The notes: a model not told the origin generated them from the letters alone. A DNA stretch of 64,000 bases from the human T2T-CHM13v2.0 reference genome, Homo sapiens (GCA_009914755.4 CP068257.2:36064001-36128000), one strand, 5' to 3'. Shown: positions 1 to 16,700, counted from the first letter of the stretch. Made by a program: numbers and translations.

Positions 1-480
1 ACTGAGTCAGATTCTTCATAACTTTTCTTTCATGCTAAAAGGTAAAACATGAGTGACTTTAAAAATCTTTCTATTCATTCAACCTTTTGTCGCTGAGTAC
101 ACATGTGGCTGGTGAAATTTGCTAGTGACTCAACCAGAAAGAGAGCAGGAGAGAGGACGAAGAGAGGAGAAGTAGAGGGAGCGACCCAAATCACATTTTC
201 TAGAAGGTCATACCTCTGAGTAGTAACCTTGGTTCAGTGAGACCACTCACCCATGGAGCTCCTGTGTAATTTGAGGTCAGGGTGTGTGATGCTGGTCTCA
301 GTTGGTTGCTGAATGGGATGAACACCAGCTGCCCTATTTCTTCATTAAGGGGAAAGAAGTCTGTCTTGTGCATACACTGGGGACTGGCCTTGGCCCATCA
401 CATTACTGTCCTGTTGCTTCTTTCATTCCACAAATGTTATTTGTTCAGGTGGTCACCAGGTAGACAATAGAAGGGGAGGG

Positions 481-1140
481 GTGGCTCGCAAGGAGGGTGG
501 ATTAGTTTCCTGCAGCCGCAGTAACAAATTACCACAAACTTGGAGGCTTAGAACAATAAAAAATCATTCCTTCCCATTTCTGGAGGCCAGAAGTCTGAAA
601 TCAGGGTGTCCTCAGGGCTGTGCATACTCTGAAGCCTCTAGAGGAAGGTCCTTTCTTGCTTCTTCTGGCTTCTCAGGGAGTCGTGTTAGCACGTAGGCTG
701 GTCATTTGGAACAAAATGCAAGCTGACTGCCCAGCCGAGCCAGCGGGGTCAAAGAGCTCAGTCTAAAAATTAAACTATTGAAAGCACTACAAGAAAACAA
801 GGGAGCATTATTTTATATTGGTTTTATAGGAATAGAGGAGGCCTTTCCAAGTGTAACGTGGTGGCCCCAGGCATTCCTTGGCTGGTGGCTGCATCACTCC
901 AGTCTCTGCCTCCATCTTCACGTGACCTTCTCTGTGTGTCTCTTATAAGGGCAATTGTCATTGGATTTAGGGGCCACCAGGATAATCCAGGATGATCTCA
1001 TCTTGAGACCCCTAACCTAATTACATCCTTATAGGAAAAAGACCGTTTTCCCTATAAGGCCCCATTCATCGGTACTGGGGCCTAGGATGTGGACATATCT
1101 TTTTAGTGGTCACCAGTCAACTCACTACAGATGGGTTGGT
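481..1140 (+). mobile_element. Ancient MaLR-LTR/MER-like interspersed repeat (MLT1-type consensus), carrying a ~175-bp unrelated insertion at about 684..870
   Basis: Matches the consensus ...tgcagccataacaaaataccacaaactgggtggcttaaacaacagaaatttatt...ttctggaggctggaagtccaagatcagggtg...tctgcctccatcttcacatggccttctc...ttataagggcac...ggattagggccc...ctaatgacctcatcttaacttaattacatc.... Recalled by eye only. Confidence 0.6.
684..870 (+). repeat. Unclassified ~175-bp dispersed repeat unit, copy 1 (inserted inside the MaLR-like element)
   Basis: About 85-90% identical to 3104..3290. Shared core ggctggtc.tt...caa.aatgcaagctg.ctgcccagccgag.cagcggggtcaaaga.ctcagtctaaaaattaaact.ttgaaagcactacaagaaaacaagggag...ttttataggaatagag.aggcctttccaagt.taac. 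Confidence 0.55.
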
Positions 1141-2461
1141 GCTTAAGCAGTGAGCAGAGTGGTCCTCTGTCCGCCCAGGGGTGTTCCTTGGGGTGGGGCC
1201 AATTCTGGGTCCTGCTGCTCATCCCTGGGCCATCTGTCCCTGCAGCCTATTGGGAAGTTCTGCAAATCCAGTGGCCTCCACTAGATCAGGAGTGATGGGG
1301 AAGGAACACAGGGCTGCTTCAGGGAGCAGCGGGCTCAGCCCTGCCAGTTAGTGGGGAACCGCGCTCCGGCCAAATCAGAGCTGGAACATTCAAGCCAGCC
1401 TTTGTTTTCCCAAGTAAATCCAGCTTGCTTCCATACTGTTTCTCAGTCTCTGGCGTCAAGCGAGGGAAGCATTCCTGGAAAAATATGTCCTCTGAATCAT
1501 ATTACCATCCTGATTTACATTATAATTTCTTCAGCTATGTATTCCCAGAGGGAGGAAATTGGCTACGAGACATCACCAAAAATTCACACATAAGCACAAA
1601 GCAAGCCTGAAAGAAAAATCCTATTTGCAGAAAAAGGAGCCAGTGTTGCAAATGTGGCTTCCCCCATGACAGAAATGGCCCTGGTTACCAGCAAGAGGCA
1701 GCAGGGAAGAAGCCCCCCTTTCTGGAGGGATTTTCCAGGTTCTTGCTTTTTTAAAAACAGCATTTAAAGAGAGCAGCTTGAATAAATCCTTCCTCAGGGT
1801 TTCCTGGAGTGATCATCTTGTTCCTCCCTTCTCCCCTCCTCCTTCTCTGTCTTCTCTACCCTCTCTTCCTTCTTTAAGCCCACTGGCTTCTTTAGTTTTT
1901 ATTTGCGCATTGCAGATAACACTTCTCTGCTGAGGACCTCTAGGTGCACTGTCTCTTTAAGGGCCAGAATGGTCTGTTTTCCCTGCTTAACATATTTGTT
2001 TGTTCGTTTGCATGAAAAGGGTAGGAAAGACCAAAGCCTGGCAGGGAGGTAGAAAGGAAGACAGGACAGAAGCCAACCCCAAGGGAGTGAGATGCACAGA
2101 GTTCCGGTGTGGGGAGCCTGAAGTGGCCCCACAGAGCTGGGGTCTGGACCTGGGGACAGGCTTCTTTCTTGGTGCGTCCCAGGGGAAGGAGCAATTATAT
2201 GAAGTGGCAGAGGGAGAAAGGATCCCTTCTGCAGTGGGGGTGAGCTGGCTTCTCATCATGCCTACTGCACTGGCTGAGTGGGCAGGAGGCCAGGCATGAA
2301 TCTTTCTGATGGTCTGAGAGGCACAGTGACCACGTTTGGTGAGCCTGCCCTAAACAGAGGAAAGATGTTCTGTGTCACACCTACTCCAACAACAACTGAA
2401 CTGGTCTCTAGTAATAAACAAGAAATGATCAAACTGCCCTATAATTGTTGTCTGAGTCTCC

Positions 2462-2900
2462 TTGGGCTGTCATAACGAAGTATCACAAACAGGTGGCTTG
2501 AACGACAGAAATGTATGGTCTCACAGTTCTGGAGGCTGGAAGCCTGAGATCCAGGTGTTGGCAGGGTTGGTTCCTCCTGAGGCTGTGAAGGGAGGTCTGG
2601 TCCAGGCCTCTCCCCCGGGTTATGGTAGTTGCTGGCGATCTTTGGCTCTTGTTGCATCACCCTGACTTCTGATGTCATCTTCACACGGCCTTCTCCCCGT
2701 GCACATGTCTGTGTCCAAATTTCCACTCCATTTTTTTTTTTTTATGAGGACACCAGCCACATCGGACTACGGTCTGCTCTTCTCCAGTAGGACCTCATCT
2801 AACTTAACTAATTACATCTGCAATGGGCCTATTTCCCAATAAGATCATATTCTTAGGTACTAAGGGTTAGGACTTCACCATATGAATTTTGGGGAACACA
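2462..2900 (+). mobile_element. Second copy of the same MaLR/MER-like repeat family, 3'-truncated, with an internal T-run
   Basis: Sequence gtcataacgaagtatcacaaacaggtggcttgaacgacagaaatgtat...ttctggaggctggaagcctgagatccaggtg...catcttcacacggccttctcc...gtccaaatttcc...ggtactaagggttaggacttcaccatatgaattttgggg. Confidence 0.6.
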
Positions 2901-3103
2901 AACAGTAATTGTGAAGTGTTATGTTAGCATAGGAAGGTTAGGGGAACTCAGACTGGTATTTGAAACAGTTACCCTAGCCTAAGGTTAGGAATATTATTTG
3001 GAAACCATTGTTTTCTTTTGCTAAAGTGGGTGGGATAAAATCAGGAAGTACAAAGCTGAAGACCACTTAAGTCCATGGAGGAAAGCCAGATTATTCGGTG
3101 AAA

Positions 3104-3289
3104 AGTGTTAGGACATCGGCTGGTCTTCCAGCAAACAATGCAAGCTGGCTGCCCAGCCGAGTCAGCGGGGTCAAAGATCTCAGTCTAAAAATTAAACTGT
3201 TGAAAGCACTATGAGAAAACAAGGGAGAATGACTTTAAGTGAATTTTATAGGAATAGAGAAGGCCTTTCCAAGTATAACATAAAACTGA

Positions 3290-3290
<1 letters not shown>
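3104..3290 (+). repeat. Unclassified ~175-bp dispersed repeat unit, copy 2
   Basis: See copy 1. Same orientation, 2.4 kb away. Confidence 0.55.
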
Positions 3291-4930
<1,640 letters not shown>

Positions 4931-5091
4931 TGGGGTACTCATACGTGCTCTCTTGATACCCGGTTGAGGAGGGGGACAGGTGAAATCTAATTTCTTTAGA
5001 CTGAAGCAGATGGAGGGAGACTCATCACTCCAGTCCAACTGGCTGTGAAGGTGGAGGAAGCTAGTGTCTGGGAAGGAGAGAATGCCTATGA

Positions 5092-5470
<379 letters not shown>

Positions 5471-7716
5471 TCTGTGTGAAGTCTTAATCGGGACACGGGT
5501 GGAGACAGGGACCCGTGCATTTATTTGGTCATGGCCTCAAATTCACATGCAGCAGGTGTCAGGATGTAGGCTTGACAGGAAGGAAGGCAGGGGTTGAAAA
5601 AATGGAGGGTGGGCAGAGGTGGGGTGGGCTGGGACAAAACCCAGAGAGCACTCTTCTTAAAGGCAGGCAAATTCAGACTTGCAATACACATTCTGCTGAA
5701 CGAAGCTAATTTCTGAGGAAAGTGAGGCCCAGAGTGGTTAAGTGATTCATGATGGTATCAGGGAGGGCCCTGAGGGTTCTGATCACTCCCAGCACTTGAT
5801 CCAAAGGCCCCAGGCCCTTGGAGGCATTTCAGTGGCTGGCTTGGGTTAAAACTGCATGACAGGCGCCTCTTAACCTGGGCCTCTTGGGCCTGGAAAATTG
5901 GCTGCTGGAAGGGAGAAAGGCTAAGGGTAGCGTCCCAGCCGGTATCTCAGCAACGCGGGGTTACAGGCCGCAGGATGAGTGCTCCAGCTGACCCAGACTC
6001 ACCACTTTTCAGTTGTCATGCAAGCAAGCAAACACTTCCCAATTCCAGGCCAGAAATCTTTCTAAACTGTGGCAGCCGCTTCCCTTTCTTCACAAGCAGA
6101 CGGCACTGGGTATAATTTAAGCTTTTTCTTCATGTCTCCGTGCCATCTTGCTGAAACATCAGCTACTGTTCTGTCCTTCAATGCAGACCTGGCCTCAGGA
6201 GATTGTAAGGTGGGTAGAAACATTGGCTTTTCTCATAAAGGATTCCAGACAGTGACGTGTTTGGGCTTTTTTTCTTTGATTTATAGCTCTGGGCTTTTTT
6301 TCCATTCACTGTCAGACTTGCCTCTTGTTGCTCTCAATGTGCCTGTTTTATAGCAAATCCATCTCCTCCCTTTATTTGCTGCTTTGGTCTCCTCTGGTCT
6401 GGGAGACCAGTCAGCTCTGAGCTTGTTAGGATTTCTTATTAGAAAAACAATAAATAAAAAGGACACACCTCTGCTTAGCTTCCAGCATCGGTCTTAGATG
6501 CTGGGATGGACTGCACGGGCATTGTGGCATCTTCTGTGATTGCATTTCTCCCCTCAGTTTGGAGTTCTTAGTTGTATTCTAGAGTCTAGATGGATAAAGT
6601 TGCTAGATAAACAAGTGCCAGATGATGGAATGGTTTCTTTGTTCTACCAATAGCATATTCAATAACTGTGGATGATTTAAAGTGTTTTTGTTCACTGAGT
6701 CCTACCATCTGAGATGGAAGGTGTCCTTCTTATCTGACCTGTTTTAGGCATAAAACACATGAATGAGAAATAGAGAACTCTCTATTTCTATAGCTGATTT
6801 TTAAAGAGCTTGGCAGACAGGTGTTTCTTCTTCTTTATTTTTCTCTTATAAGGATAATTTTAGAGCAAAACTGTTCTAACATATTTGAATTATATGTGAT
6901 GGGATTCCCAGCTCATCTCATTCAAATTCAACCTAAAAAAGAAGCATTACCTGCTAATTCCTTATTAGTAAGCACTTTTTCTAACTTGACATTTTTAGAT
7001 GTTTGAACCATCTGTCATTTTACAGGCAAATGGAACCTCTTGAGTACTAGAGATACACCCGTATTTTAAAAGCATTTTTTTTTTTTTAAAATCTACTACA
7101 TTCTAGATTCTATGCTATGTTTTTTTTTATCATCTAATTTAATAATCATTGAAACCTAGCCAGGCAGGAATCTCATCAGATAAAGAATATGAGGTCCAGG
7201 GAAATCAGATCAGTCAGTCAAGGACACAGCTAATGAGCAGGAGGGACAGGGCATGAGTGAAAGGGCTCTGGACACAAGTCCAGGGCTTTTCCTAATGAGC
7301 CTAACCTTCGTTTTTCAGCTTAATGGGATGTGTGACACAACCCACTGTTGGCCAGGCTTATTCTGTGATATCGGACTCAATGACCCAAGGGGTGGGGGAG
7401 AGGGGTGCAGATGCCAGATAAGGCACCAGAGATTATTCACTTATGAGACATGTCTTCCATGATGGTTGGTTGGAACCCAGACTTAGGTGCCTAGTAAGTA
7501 TTAATATTTTTCTCTTAGTTGTACTATTTTGAAAAACTTACTAGACACAAGGACATGATGAAAGTGTTGGCTGAAGTATCACATCCAAAGAGGGGATGAT
7601 GGCAGTCAAATGGAACAGGTTTGAATATGTTTCATGAATATAATTCTATTGTAGTAGAGATACATTTAGATATATGTATTGTAGATATACACCAAAGGTG
7701 CATATATCATTGGTGA

Positions 7717-7775
7717 TATAAATCACCATATATCGTTGGTGATAAATCAAAGGTGATATAAATCAATGGATATCT
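7717..7775. repeat. Short tandem repeat of a ~16-18 bp unit (ggtgatataaatca-like), 3-4 copies
   Basis: Sequence ttggtgatataaatcaccatatatcgttggtgataaatcaaaggtgatataaatcaatgg. Confidence 0.5.
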
Positions 7776-9455
7776 GAATGATGTATGTATATGTATAATA
7801 TATCTCTATTCTCTCTGTTCCTCTATCTATTGAAGTGCAGGAGGAAATGAGAAGTCCCATTACAGGAAAGCTTGCAGAGTCTACAGCTTTTCAAAAGCAG
7901 TCACTTTCTGGTGGACAGAGCCCTAGTAATGAAGAAAATGGTGCTCTCCACCCTCCACCATACTTAGTGAGATGAAATTTTGACTAATTGCTCTGCAATC
8001 ACTTCAAAATCATACATACTAAAAAGTCTGATGAATGATAAGAAGTGTCACTTGAAGCAAATTCATAAGCAAAGTATATTTTCTTTTTCTTCTTACTTCC
8101 CCCTTTCAGTGGTTTCCATCTTGTTTTCCTCTGACCTTTTAAGGGGCTCACTGTTCTCATCCTGTCTCTTTGTTATCAGAGCCTCCCAATAGAGGAGAGT
8201 TACAGTTCAGGTCGAACATTCACGGCATGACTTATCTGTCCATCTATCTAACCACAGTCCTCATTCTTAATACATACTAGGCACTCAGTAAATTTCTATC
8301 TTCTCTCTCTTCCTTCCTCTCTCCATTCATTCCTGCCAAGAATTAACAATCTATTGGTGAGAAGAAACCAATTACCACTGAGTATCAGACAAATGACATG
8401 TCATGCCGGGCTATGTTTATGTTGAAACTCATGGCCCACCGTGAAAGAAAAGGGTTAGTCTCTTAACACATGAAGTATTGGGAGATGAGTGCAAGGGACG
8501 TGGTGGGCTGGGACTTTCACCCACACCATTGCTTCCTATCAGGGAAGCAGTAGTGTCTCCCTGTCAACTAGATGGCTTGGGTCTCAGGCAGAGTCAAAAG
8601 TTGGGTCTCACATGGCCAAGACACCAACTCACAGATTCTCCATTAATGACCCCCACTCCTGCATTCGTAGGGAATTTAATTTTAGATAAATTATTTCAAA
8701 AAATAGAAATACTCTTATCCCTCTGCAATAAACTACAGATTATCCTTATAAAAATCCTTTCTTTCTCAGTATAAGATTATGCAATTAAAATTGTTTGATT
8801 GACATATGATATAATTATTTCAAAATATCTATATATTTGATAAATTACCAGTGACTATGCTTCTTCATGTCATCATTATGAACTACTCAATGTTCAAAGG
8901 TTTATCATTTTCCATGTAATTATTTTTACATTCAAGGCTTTCTACTCTATAGCATGAACCTGACAATAACGATTCCTCCTTGAATCTGTATTGAAGTTTA
9001 TAAAGCTTCAAGGACTTGTCAATGATACATAAAAAGTTAATTAAAATCATTCAAGGACTGCCTACCATAAGACTTGCAATAAACTGTCTGTTTGCATTGA
9101 AATGATGGGGTGCTCTGTGGGGTAGATTTTCACCTCCAGCCAATGTCTACTGTGGAGCTGCATGCTTGCATTTGTAATGGGCATTGCTGGGATAAAAGGT
9201 CTCAGCTGTGACAGTCTTAGGAAACCTCAGGATTTTTCAATTTTCCAAAGGCCTAAGAGTATTTTCTTGAAATTTCGGCATGGTGCCACAGCTACCAACC
9301 ATGACACCTGGCTCAGTGAATAGTCTATGGCCACAGCCAGGGCACAAATGTGAATTTTAAAAATTCCACAAAGCCCCTCCTTTTCCAAACAGAAATTGGA
9401 CATAAATATTCGTACATCAAAGTAACATATTAATGGGTGATACTTCAGGTTACTT

Positions 9456-9766
9456 CTTTTTTCTTTTCTTTTTTTTTTTTTTTGAGATAGAGTCTTGCTC
9501 TGTTGCCCAGGCTGGAGTGCAGTGGCGTGATCTTGGCTCACTGCAACCTCTGCTTCCTACCGGGATCAAGCAATTCTCTTCCTCAGTCTCCTGAGTAGCT
9601 GGGATTGCAGGCATCTGCCACCATACCCGGCTAAGTTTTGTATTTTTAGTAGAGACCAAGGTTTCACCATCTTGGCCAGGCTGGTCTTGAACTCCCAACC
9701 TCGTGATCCACCTGCCTCAGCCTCCTAAAGTGCTGGGATTACAGGCATGAGCCACCGTACCTGGCC
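9456..9766 (-). mobile_element. Full-length Alu (S-type), minus orientation
   Basis: Reverse-complement Alu consensus. 10-bp target-site duplication caggttactt at 9446..9455 and 9767..9776. Confidence 0.9.
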
Positions 9767-10765
9767 CAGGTTACTTTTTCAATTCCAAGCTAAGCAAGCT
9801 TAGGTCACACCTTTGAGGAATAAGGACAGAGACAGATAATTGAATTGTGTGGGGCTGAGAGTGCAGGGTTTCCAACCCCTGAAGCCACTGCAAGGGCAGA
9901 TGGCCAGGTATGGCTAGGACAACAATTTCCTGGCACCCCTAGGCTCAGGTGTAGGGGGGCCTCTGTCAGGACCTCTAAGGATTCCCACAGGGTCTTCATT
10001 TACTAGACTGGAAGTGAGAGACATCTCCCTCCCCTCCCTTATTGGGGGCTGTGATGCTCCCAAATCTTAACTTTCTGATGATTTATCTTCAATGAGGGTG
10101 AAGTGCTGGGCATTTTGACACCCTCCCAGCCTGCTTGGCACAGCCTGCTCAGAGCTCTGGCAGCTCTTGTTGGAAGGTGGGAACTATTGACACCTATTGA
10201 ATGGGAGCATCAGCTGAGACCGACTTCTAAGGAGTTCCTCTGAGGTGTCCCGTATCTTCCTGATTCACAGTTTGGCTTCTGGCTAGAATGGTTTCCAGGA
10301 ACATCTTCAGCCACTGCTCAGTGATTACGGTCTCTGTTCTAGCTTTGCTCAGTTTTTGGCAAATCCAAAATCTGATTTTGGATATGACAGTGGGATATAG
10401 TGAGACATGGTTGGAGGCCACTCGGCAGGGGTGGAATCTGTGTGAGTAACCGCGCACCTGTGCTCACAGGAAAGCACAGCCGTTAGAACTCCTTAGACCC
10501 TGCAGGCAGGCCCCGCTAAGTTAAATAGTGACAGGGACATGAACATATTCATTCAATGTGCTTTTGCTATGATCCACCACTCTGGATCAAACATATTTTT
10601 TGAGACGTTTTGCTGTATAATTAAAAAAAAGGTTTCTCTAACCTCAGCTGATGGCCCATTTATTTCAAGCAGTTTGGGATGTCGTGGCATTCCAGCACTT
10701 AGTCATTTGGGGTTTGAGGCAGTGGAATTTGATATGTGTGTCCATTTCCATGGATTGCATTAGGA

Positions 10766-10925
10766 CAAATACTTAATGCATGCGGGGCTTAAAACCTAGA
10801 TGACAGGTTGATGGGCGCAACAAACCACCATGGCACATGTATACCTATGTAACAAAGCTGCATGTTCTGCACAAGTATCCCAGAACTTAAAGTAAAAACA
10901 AAAACCAAAAAATCCCAAAAAACAA
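10766..10925 (+). mobile_element. Heavily 5'-truncated L1 (L1PA-like) 3' UTR tail with an A-rich end
   Basis: Sequence ...gatgggcgcaacaaaccaccatggcacatgtatacctatgtaacaaagctgcatgttctgcacaagtatcccagaacttaaagtaaaaac... matches the L1 3' terminus. Confidence 0.7.
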
Positions 10926-13379
10926 AAAACGTAGAGTGGCAGACAAATTCCCATTTAATATTTGTGTTTCAACTGCCTCTCCCTTTACCCTTGAGAAAAA
11001 AAGGCAATGCATTTTTTTTTTCCTTCAGAATAATTTCCAAGGAGCAGCATTAGGGGTGTGAATGGTACTTAAAGTGTGTGGATTTAAAGTAGACAGAAGA
11101 ATCAATATATTCTCCTCAGCAGTGCCAGTCCCAGCTCCCACACTGATCTGCTGTAAGGATGTTGCCTCTATCCCAAGCCCCATTTTAGTGCAACAATTTG
11201 GAAACTGACGGGAATGTGGGGGGCCAATAGGAACCGTGTCTTGATTAGACATGTGCTGGCCTGAGAGACAACATTCTCTTCTGCCAGGATGTTGGGGCCC
11301 AATGGTTGGGGCCTTCCTGCTCTCTGAAATAGAGTTTAGGTTCTGGCTTTGGAGTGAATCAGGAAAATGGCAGAACCCTTCAAATTCACTTTCAAAGAGA
11401 CATAGAATATTGACAATGTGACATTCTCTAACAAACAAAATGTTTCCATTGATAACCACAAATTACTCAGCGATCTGCCAAGGAACCATTGATTTAGCCC
11501 AAATTTCTAAGGCCACTCCCCTCACCTAAATGGTTATTTCATTAAACTTAGAGCGAAAGGGTAGCATTAGATATGCTAAGCTTTACTCTTAACATAGATA
11601 CCAAGAAGGGACAGTTTTTGACGCAAATCTTTATTTGGGTTGACAAGAGCCACAAAGAAACTCATTCTGTAAGTGAGCTTCTACAAAGTGTCACTAGTGA
11701 CTGCCGCACCCTGTGTATGTTCCATCATGTTTTCAAGCTTTTATTAAAAATGGTTAATGGGTAGAGGGAAACATCCCTCTATTTTGACAGCAGGAAATTA
11801 AAAACATGAATCCAACTTGGAAATCCATCAGATGACCTGTTTAAATGTCTTAATTTTTCGAGATAGATGGTACCAAGTGCTATGTTTTCTTGCCACTTGA
11901 AGGTAGAACTGATGTTTTAGGCAACATCCAAGCAATGTCTCGTTCAATGCCACATAAGCAAGACTGTAAGTTCTGCCATCTCTTGATTCACATCACCATT
12001 TGGAGGATGGGGGTCTTAAATTTCTCTGTCACAAGGAGGGGCCCAGGGATTGGCTGAGTTGCAGAATGAAGGAGTATGCAGGAATGAACCACGGCGGATG
12101 AGTCCATAAGACAGAATCCTGGAGGAGAACCAGGAAATCAAACCCTCAAGGTGGGCTGTGTGGATCTGGGACAAGCCGGGAGAGAAGCAGGGGCCACCGT
12201 ACGCCCCTTGGGCCTCTCTAGCAGGCAGGTGCTCGCCCCTGAGAACCTAGATCCTCTCAGACGAGAGTGGGCAGGAAGAGAGGTGGGAGGGGTGGGGGGA
12301 TACAACATAGTGAAAATTTAAAAAATTGATACGTGATTTTGGGATAAAAGCAGAAACACTATTGGATGAGCTAGAACAGAGCTCCCCAGGCCCACAGACA
12401 AATGGTCTAATAGATTAAATGGTGACACTTTGATAATCATTATAAAGAAGTTTTTCATAGAACTGTTACCTTTTGGTAGTCTGGCTTCCTCATGCCCTCC
12501 CTCCAGCGGTACCCACTTTCTTCCCTCAACCTGAACTCATTCCTGCAGAAATACTTTTCACGCTTTTCATTTCTTCCATGTGCCCACTATCTTCATTCAA
12601 TTATTTACCATTTTTTTTTTAAAAAAACAAACATTGGAACAAATATAATAAAACTTCTTTACATTGATTATCTAAACATTGACATTTAATCCCCTAGCCT
12701 TTTTGTCTAACAGTTTTGTGTTGTGCCAGCCACTGGGCAAATGGTGCCTTCCTGCCAGAGGGGCGTGGGAAGTAAGAAAGTGCTGAGAAGGTTCTGGAGG
12801 GAGAAAGGCCCCTCCTGGGACAGAGGTGGTGTTCCCCACACTGCAGCCTCAGATACCTGTGGGCCCTGAGTTTTCCTGAAGGCACTTTCTGCTGCTGTGG
12901 AGGTGACGATTGGACCCATGGATGGCCGGCTGTGTGTTTATCTTAGTGCTTCTCACCAGGACAGCCTCCCATCACCTTCACTCAGACCCTTGACCTCCTC
13001 CACCTTGATGGTTCTTTTAGTGAGGACAAGCTCACACGTTCAAATAGAGAAGGGGCATGGCCAGCTTTGGAGAAAGAGTACTGTTAGCATTTTTGGTATC
13101 TTTCAATACTGCCTGACTGTGGAATAAGAAGCCACATTTTACATATAGGGATTTTGCCTTACATAACTTTAGATAAAGCACCATCGATCAAGCTACATGT
13201 GTGGCCCTTACAACATTTTAGTCTGCAAAAAGTCAGGTTCTCTATTCCAGGTGTCAGCGGTGTGTCGGGGAACTTATGTGGAGGCTACAGACTTTTAGTG
13301 ATGATGAAAACATTGTGTCCCTTTATTATTGCTCTGATTTGGTCCAAGAAGAATAGAAGTACTTTGCGTAATGTCATGG

Positions 13380-13745
13380 ACTGAATTGTGCACCCCCCAA
13401 GTTCCTATGCTGAAGCCCTAACTCCCAATGTGACTGTACTTAGAGGAGGTCCCAAAGGTGAAACGTCCCACTGTCTACTCATTGTATTGTATCAGGTGGG
13501 GAACCTGATCCAGTAGTTCCAGAAGAGACACAAAAGAGGGCTCCTTCTCTCTGTGCCTGCACAGAGGAAAGGCCCCGTGAAGATAGAGTGGGAAGGCCTT
13601 CATGCTAGGAAGAAGGCCCTCACCAGGAACCCAAGCTACCTCTATCTGGGACTTCCAGCCTCCAGACTGTTAGTAAATAAATATCTGTTGTTTAAGCTGC
13701 CTAGCCTATGATATTTTGTTATGGCAGCCTGAGCTGACTAATATA
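13380..13745 (+). mobile_element. 3' half of an ancient MaLR/MER-like repeat
   Basis: Sequence ...cccccaagttcctatgctgaagccctaactcccaatgtgactgtacttagaggaggtcc...cttccagcctccagactgttagtaaataaatatctgttgtttaagctgcctagcctatgatattttgttatggcagcctgagctgactaa. Confidence 0.55.
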
Positions 13746-16700
13746 CACAGCATATAACACAGCCAATTTCAGGGGTGGTGCTATGGAGAGAGTAGCCCCT
13801 AGGGTAGGGACCTAAAAAGCACCAGGAATGAAGTGAGCATGCACACCATAATGATGCACAATCTTGCTGCATGCCCAATAAATTTGATTCCAGGCATTGT
13901 TGCAACCACAAGGGAGACCTGGCTTGTTACAGAACTTAACAGTGTCCATCCCATAAAAGGAAATCAATGGCTAAGCAAAAGTCCAACTATTCTTAGTGCT
14001 GTGACATGAAGAAATTTCCCCAGAGAGTTTGCAACAAGGCAGCTGGTGGGGAAGTTAACACCACCTTCTAGCAGACACAGGGTCAGTTTCACAGGGCTGG
14101 TTTTTACATTATGCAGCTCAATAAAAGTAGTGGGCTTCTAAGTGTAGGGTGGCTCTTTGATCCTCCTGCAGGTGTTAAGAGCTGGGTCTGAGACTTCTGG
14201 AAGAATGCAGGAGCTGTGACTTTATGCAGACCTCCCTACATGTTTTCACTCCAGATCAACATGCTGGTAAGTATTGGAGTGAGGAGCTTGGGATTTCTCC
14301 CTGACAGTTTCTGGAAGGCAGTGTTTTTGAGCTATGAGTTTAGTTCAGATACGTGTACTTAGCAGCCAGTTAAGCTGGGCTAGAACCGACCTCTTTTGTA
14401 AATGGAGGGACCTGGTATGAATATCTTCTCGGTACACCAAGTGCCTATGTCTTGGCTTCTAAAGACCATTCCCTAGTAAAAGGAACAAGGAATCTTTGGA
14501 GAAATGTCTGACTCCAGAGCTGGAGCTGAAAAAGTCCAAGGTGAGCCTGTAACATCTTTTTGTGCCAGAAAAAAGGAAGAACACACAAAATGATTATGTT
14601 CAAAGGGCAAAGAGCCACTAGAAAGGGATCCCACTGGCCAGATCTGGGATAATGTGAGCATCACAAATAATATCAGTAGCAGATTATAACTCATTGAATA
14701 CAAGAGGAATCCATGAATCCATACTGATATAGATAGATCAATAGATAACTAAGGGAGGGGAAAAGCTCTTCCTTATAGCTGAAAGAGAACACATCAATGT
14801 AGAAAGAACCATGCATTCAGAGGTAACCATCGTAGAAATAACCGATTCAGGTTAGAATTATCGATGAATGCTAAAAGCAAAGTTTGAGGAGGAATAAGAT
14901 ATTTACATGGCCTCAAAGTAACTGCTCTGAGATACTTCTTACAAGGTGAAAACTAGTAATTTTAAAGTGAAGAAACCTGGCAGACACCACCTGAGCCAGA
15001 GATAGAAGTTAACATCATTCAAATTAGGAAAAGCTGACCTTATGTGCCTCCTGATATAATGCACTGGGAGGGACACAGCACCACTTTGTATTCTTGCCCC
15101 ACAGACATAACCTAAATCTAATCATGAAAAGAACATTAAAAACCTTAAGTTGAGGCACATGCTACAAAATAACTGCTCTATAGTCTTCAAAAAATTAATG
15201 TCATGAAAGATAAGGAAAGACAGAAGAATTCCACTAGATAATATGAGATTGAGAGACATGACAACAAAGTACGACCTGGGATTTCCTAGAATATAAGAAG
15301 AAATGGTTGGAAAAATTGGCAAAATCTGAATCAAGTCTGCAGATGCTACTATATCAGATTAGATATAGTAGCATTATGTCAATATGCATTTTCTGATTTT
15401 GAAAATCACACTGTGGTTTTGTAAGACTGTCTTCACTTTTACATAACTGCATCATGCCTACAGTTTACTTTCAAATGATTAAAAAAACTCACATGTATAC
15501 ATGCATTCACACATACATCTACATGTGTGTCTATATCTAGAGAGAATGATAGATGTGGTAAAATGTGGAAGATCATTCCTTCTGCCCCTAGCTCCTGAGG
15601 TAGCATGGCGAACAGGATCAATTTCATGATCTGAAATGAGTTAGCTGTGTTGAGCTTTTGTAGCCAGATTCACTCATCAAATTGTCCTCAATGAACTCTC
15701 CTGTGGTTTGGATCCACAGTCAGGCCAAGAGGTATCTTGACAGGCTCCCTAAATTGTCACCAACAGGTGCTGTGGTCTTCATGTGCTCAGCATGGTGCCA
15801 AGGGGAGGAGGGAGCGAGAAGACCATAAGACGATTGTTTGACCACCGTGTGGCTTAATTCTGCCTGGAGAAATGTCATTGACATGGGGGAAGTAGGAAAC
15901 AGAACAGGGGCCAATGGGGTGCTCCCCTTGCTGGGGAGAGCTAAACTGGTTTGAGGAGGGAGCACAGGATTGGCTGAACCCTGTGAGGCCTCATGGAAGA
16001 GGCAGAGCTTGCTTGGACCTTACAGGGTGTGAAGAATTTCGATTGGCTGGGGGAAAGGAGCCATAGAAAGTGGGGTGGGAAAGACAGAGAACAAAGCAAG
16101 CCGGGAAGAACCTGAGTATTCCCAATGTGTGTTTTCCAGGGAAAATCCATTCTAGAAGAAAACGACTTTGAGTTGAGAAATTTCATATGTGCTACTGGTA
16201 CTCAAGCGTTTGTTGCAATTATTCTGATCCAAGGTCCTGCCTATCAGCTGGATAGGAATTAAGCCAAACCACATCTTAGGGTCTTTGTGAGGGCTTCCCA
16301 CCAACCACATTTGGTTGGTTTGGTGATGAGAAAGTTCAAACAATATTCCTTGGGGGCCATGTTGGCAATAGTTGATCTGTGTGATTGGATGCATTTTCAA
16401 AGAGTTTGTTAATGGTGCCTTTCTGCATAGACAGTGTTCCACAATCGCCTGAGAGAGGATAAGGTTGTGTGGTGTGGATGTGTGATTTATATTTGTTGAT
16501 GGTACATTATTCTAAGTTACACTCAGTCTCCTAGGCAAATGGGGGTGGGAGAGAGAGGAGTTTGCACAAAGAGAGTCTCTTTTGGAGTGGGTGGAGTTTG
16601 GGACCTTTAACGTTCAAATGCATTTATGATAAGAATAAATGTCGGTGTGAGGAGTTGGGACACTTTAAGTAGTGGGAGTACTTTTCACCCAAAGAAAGAC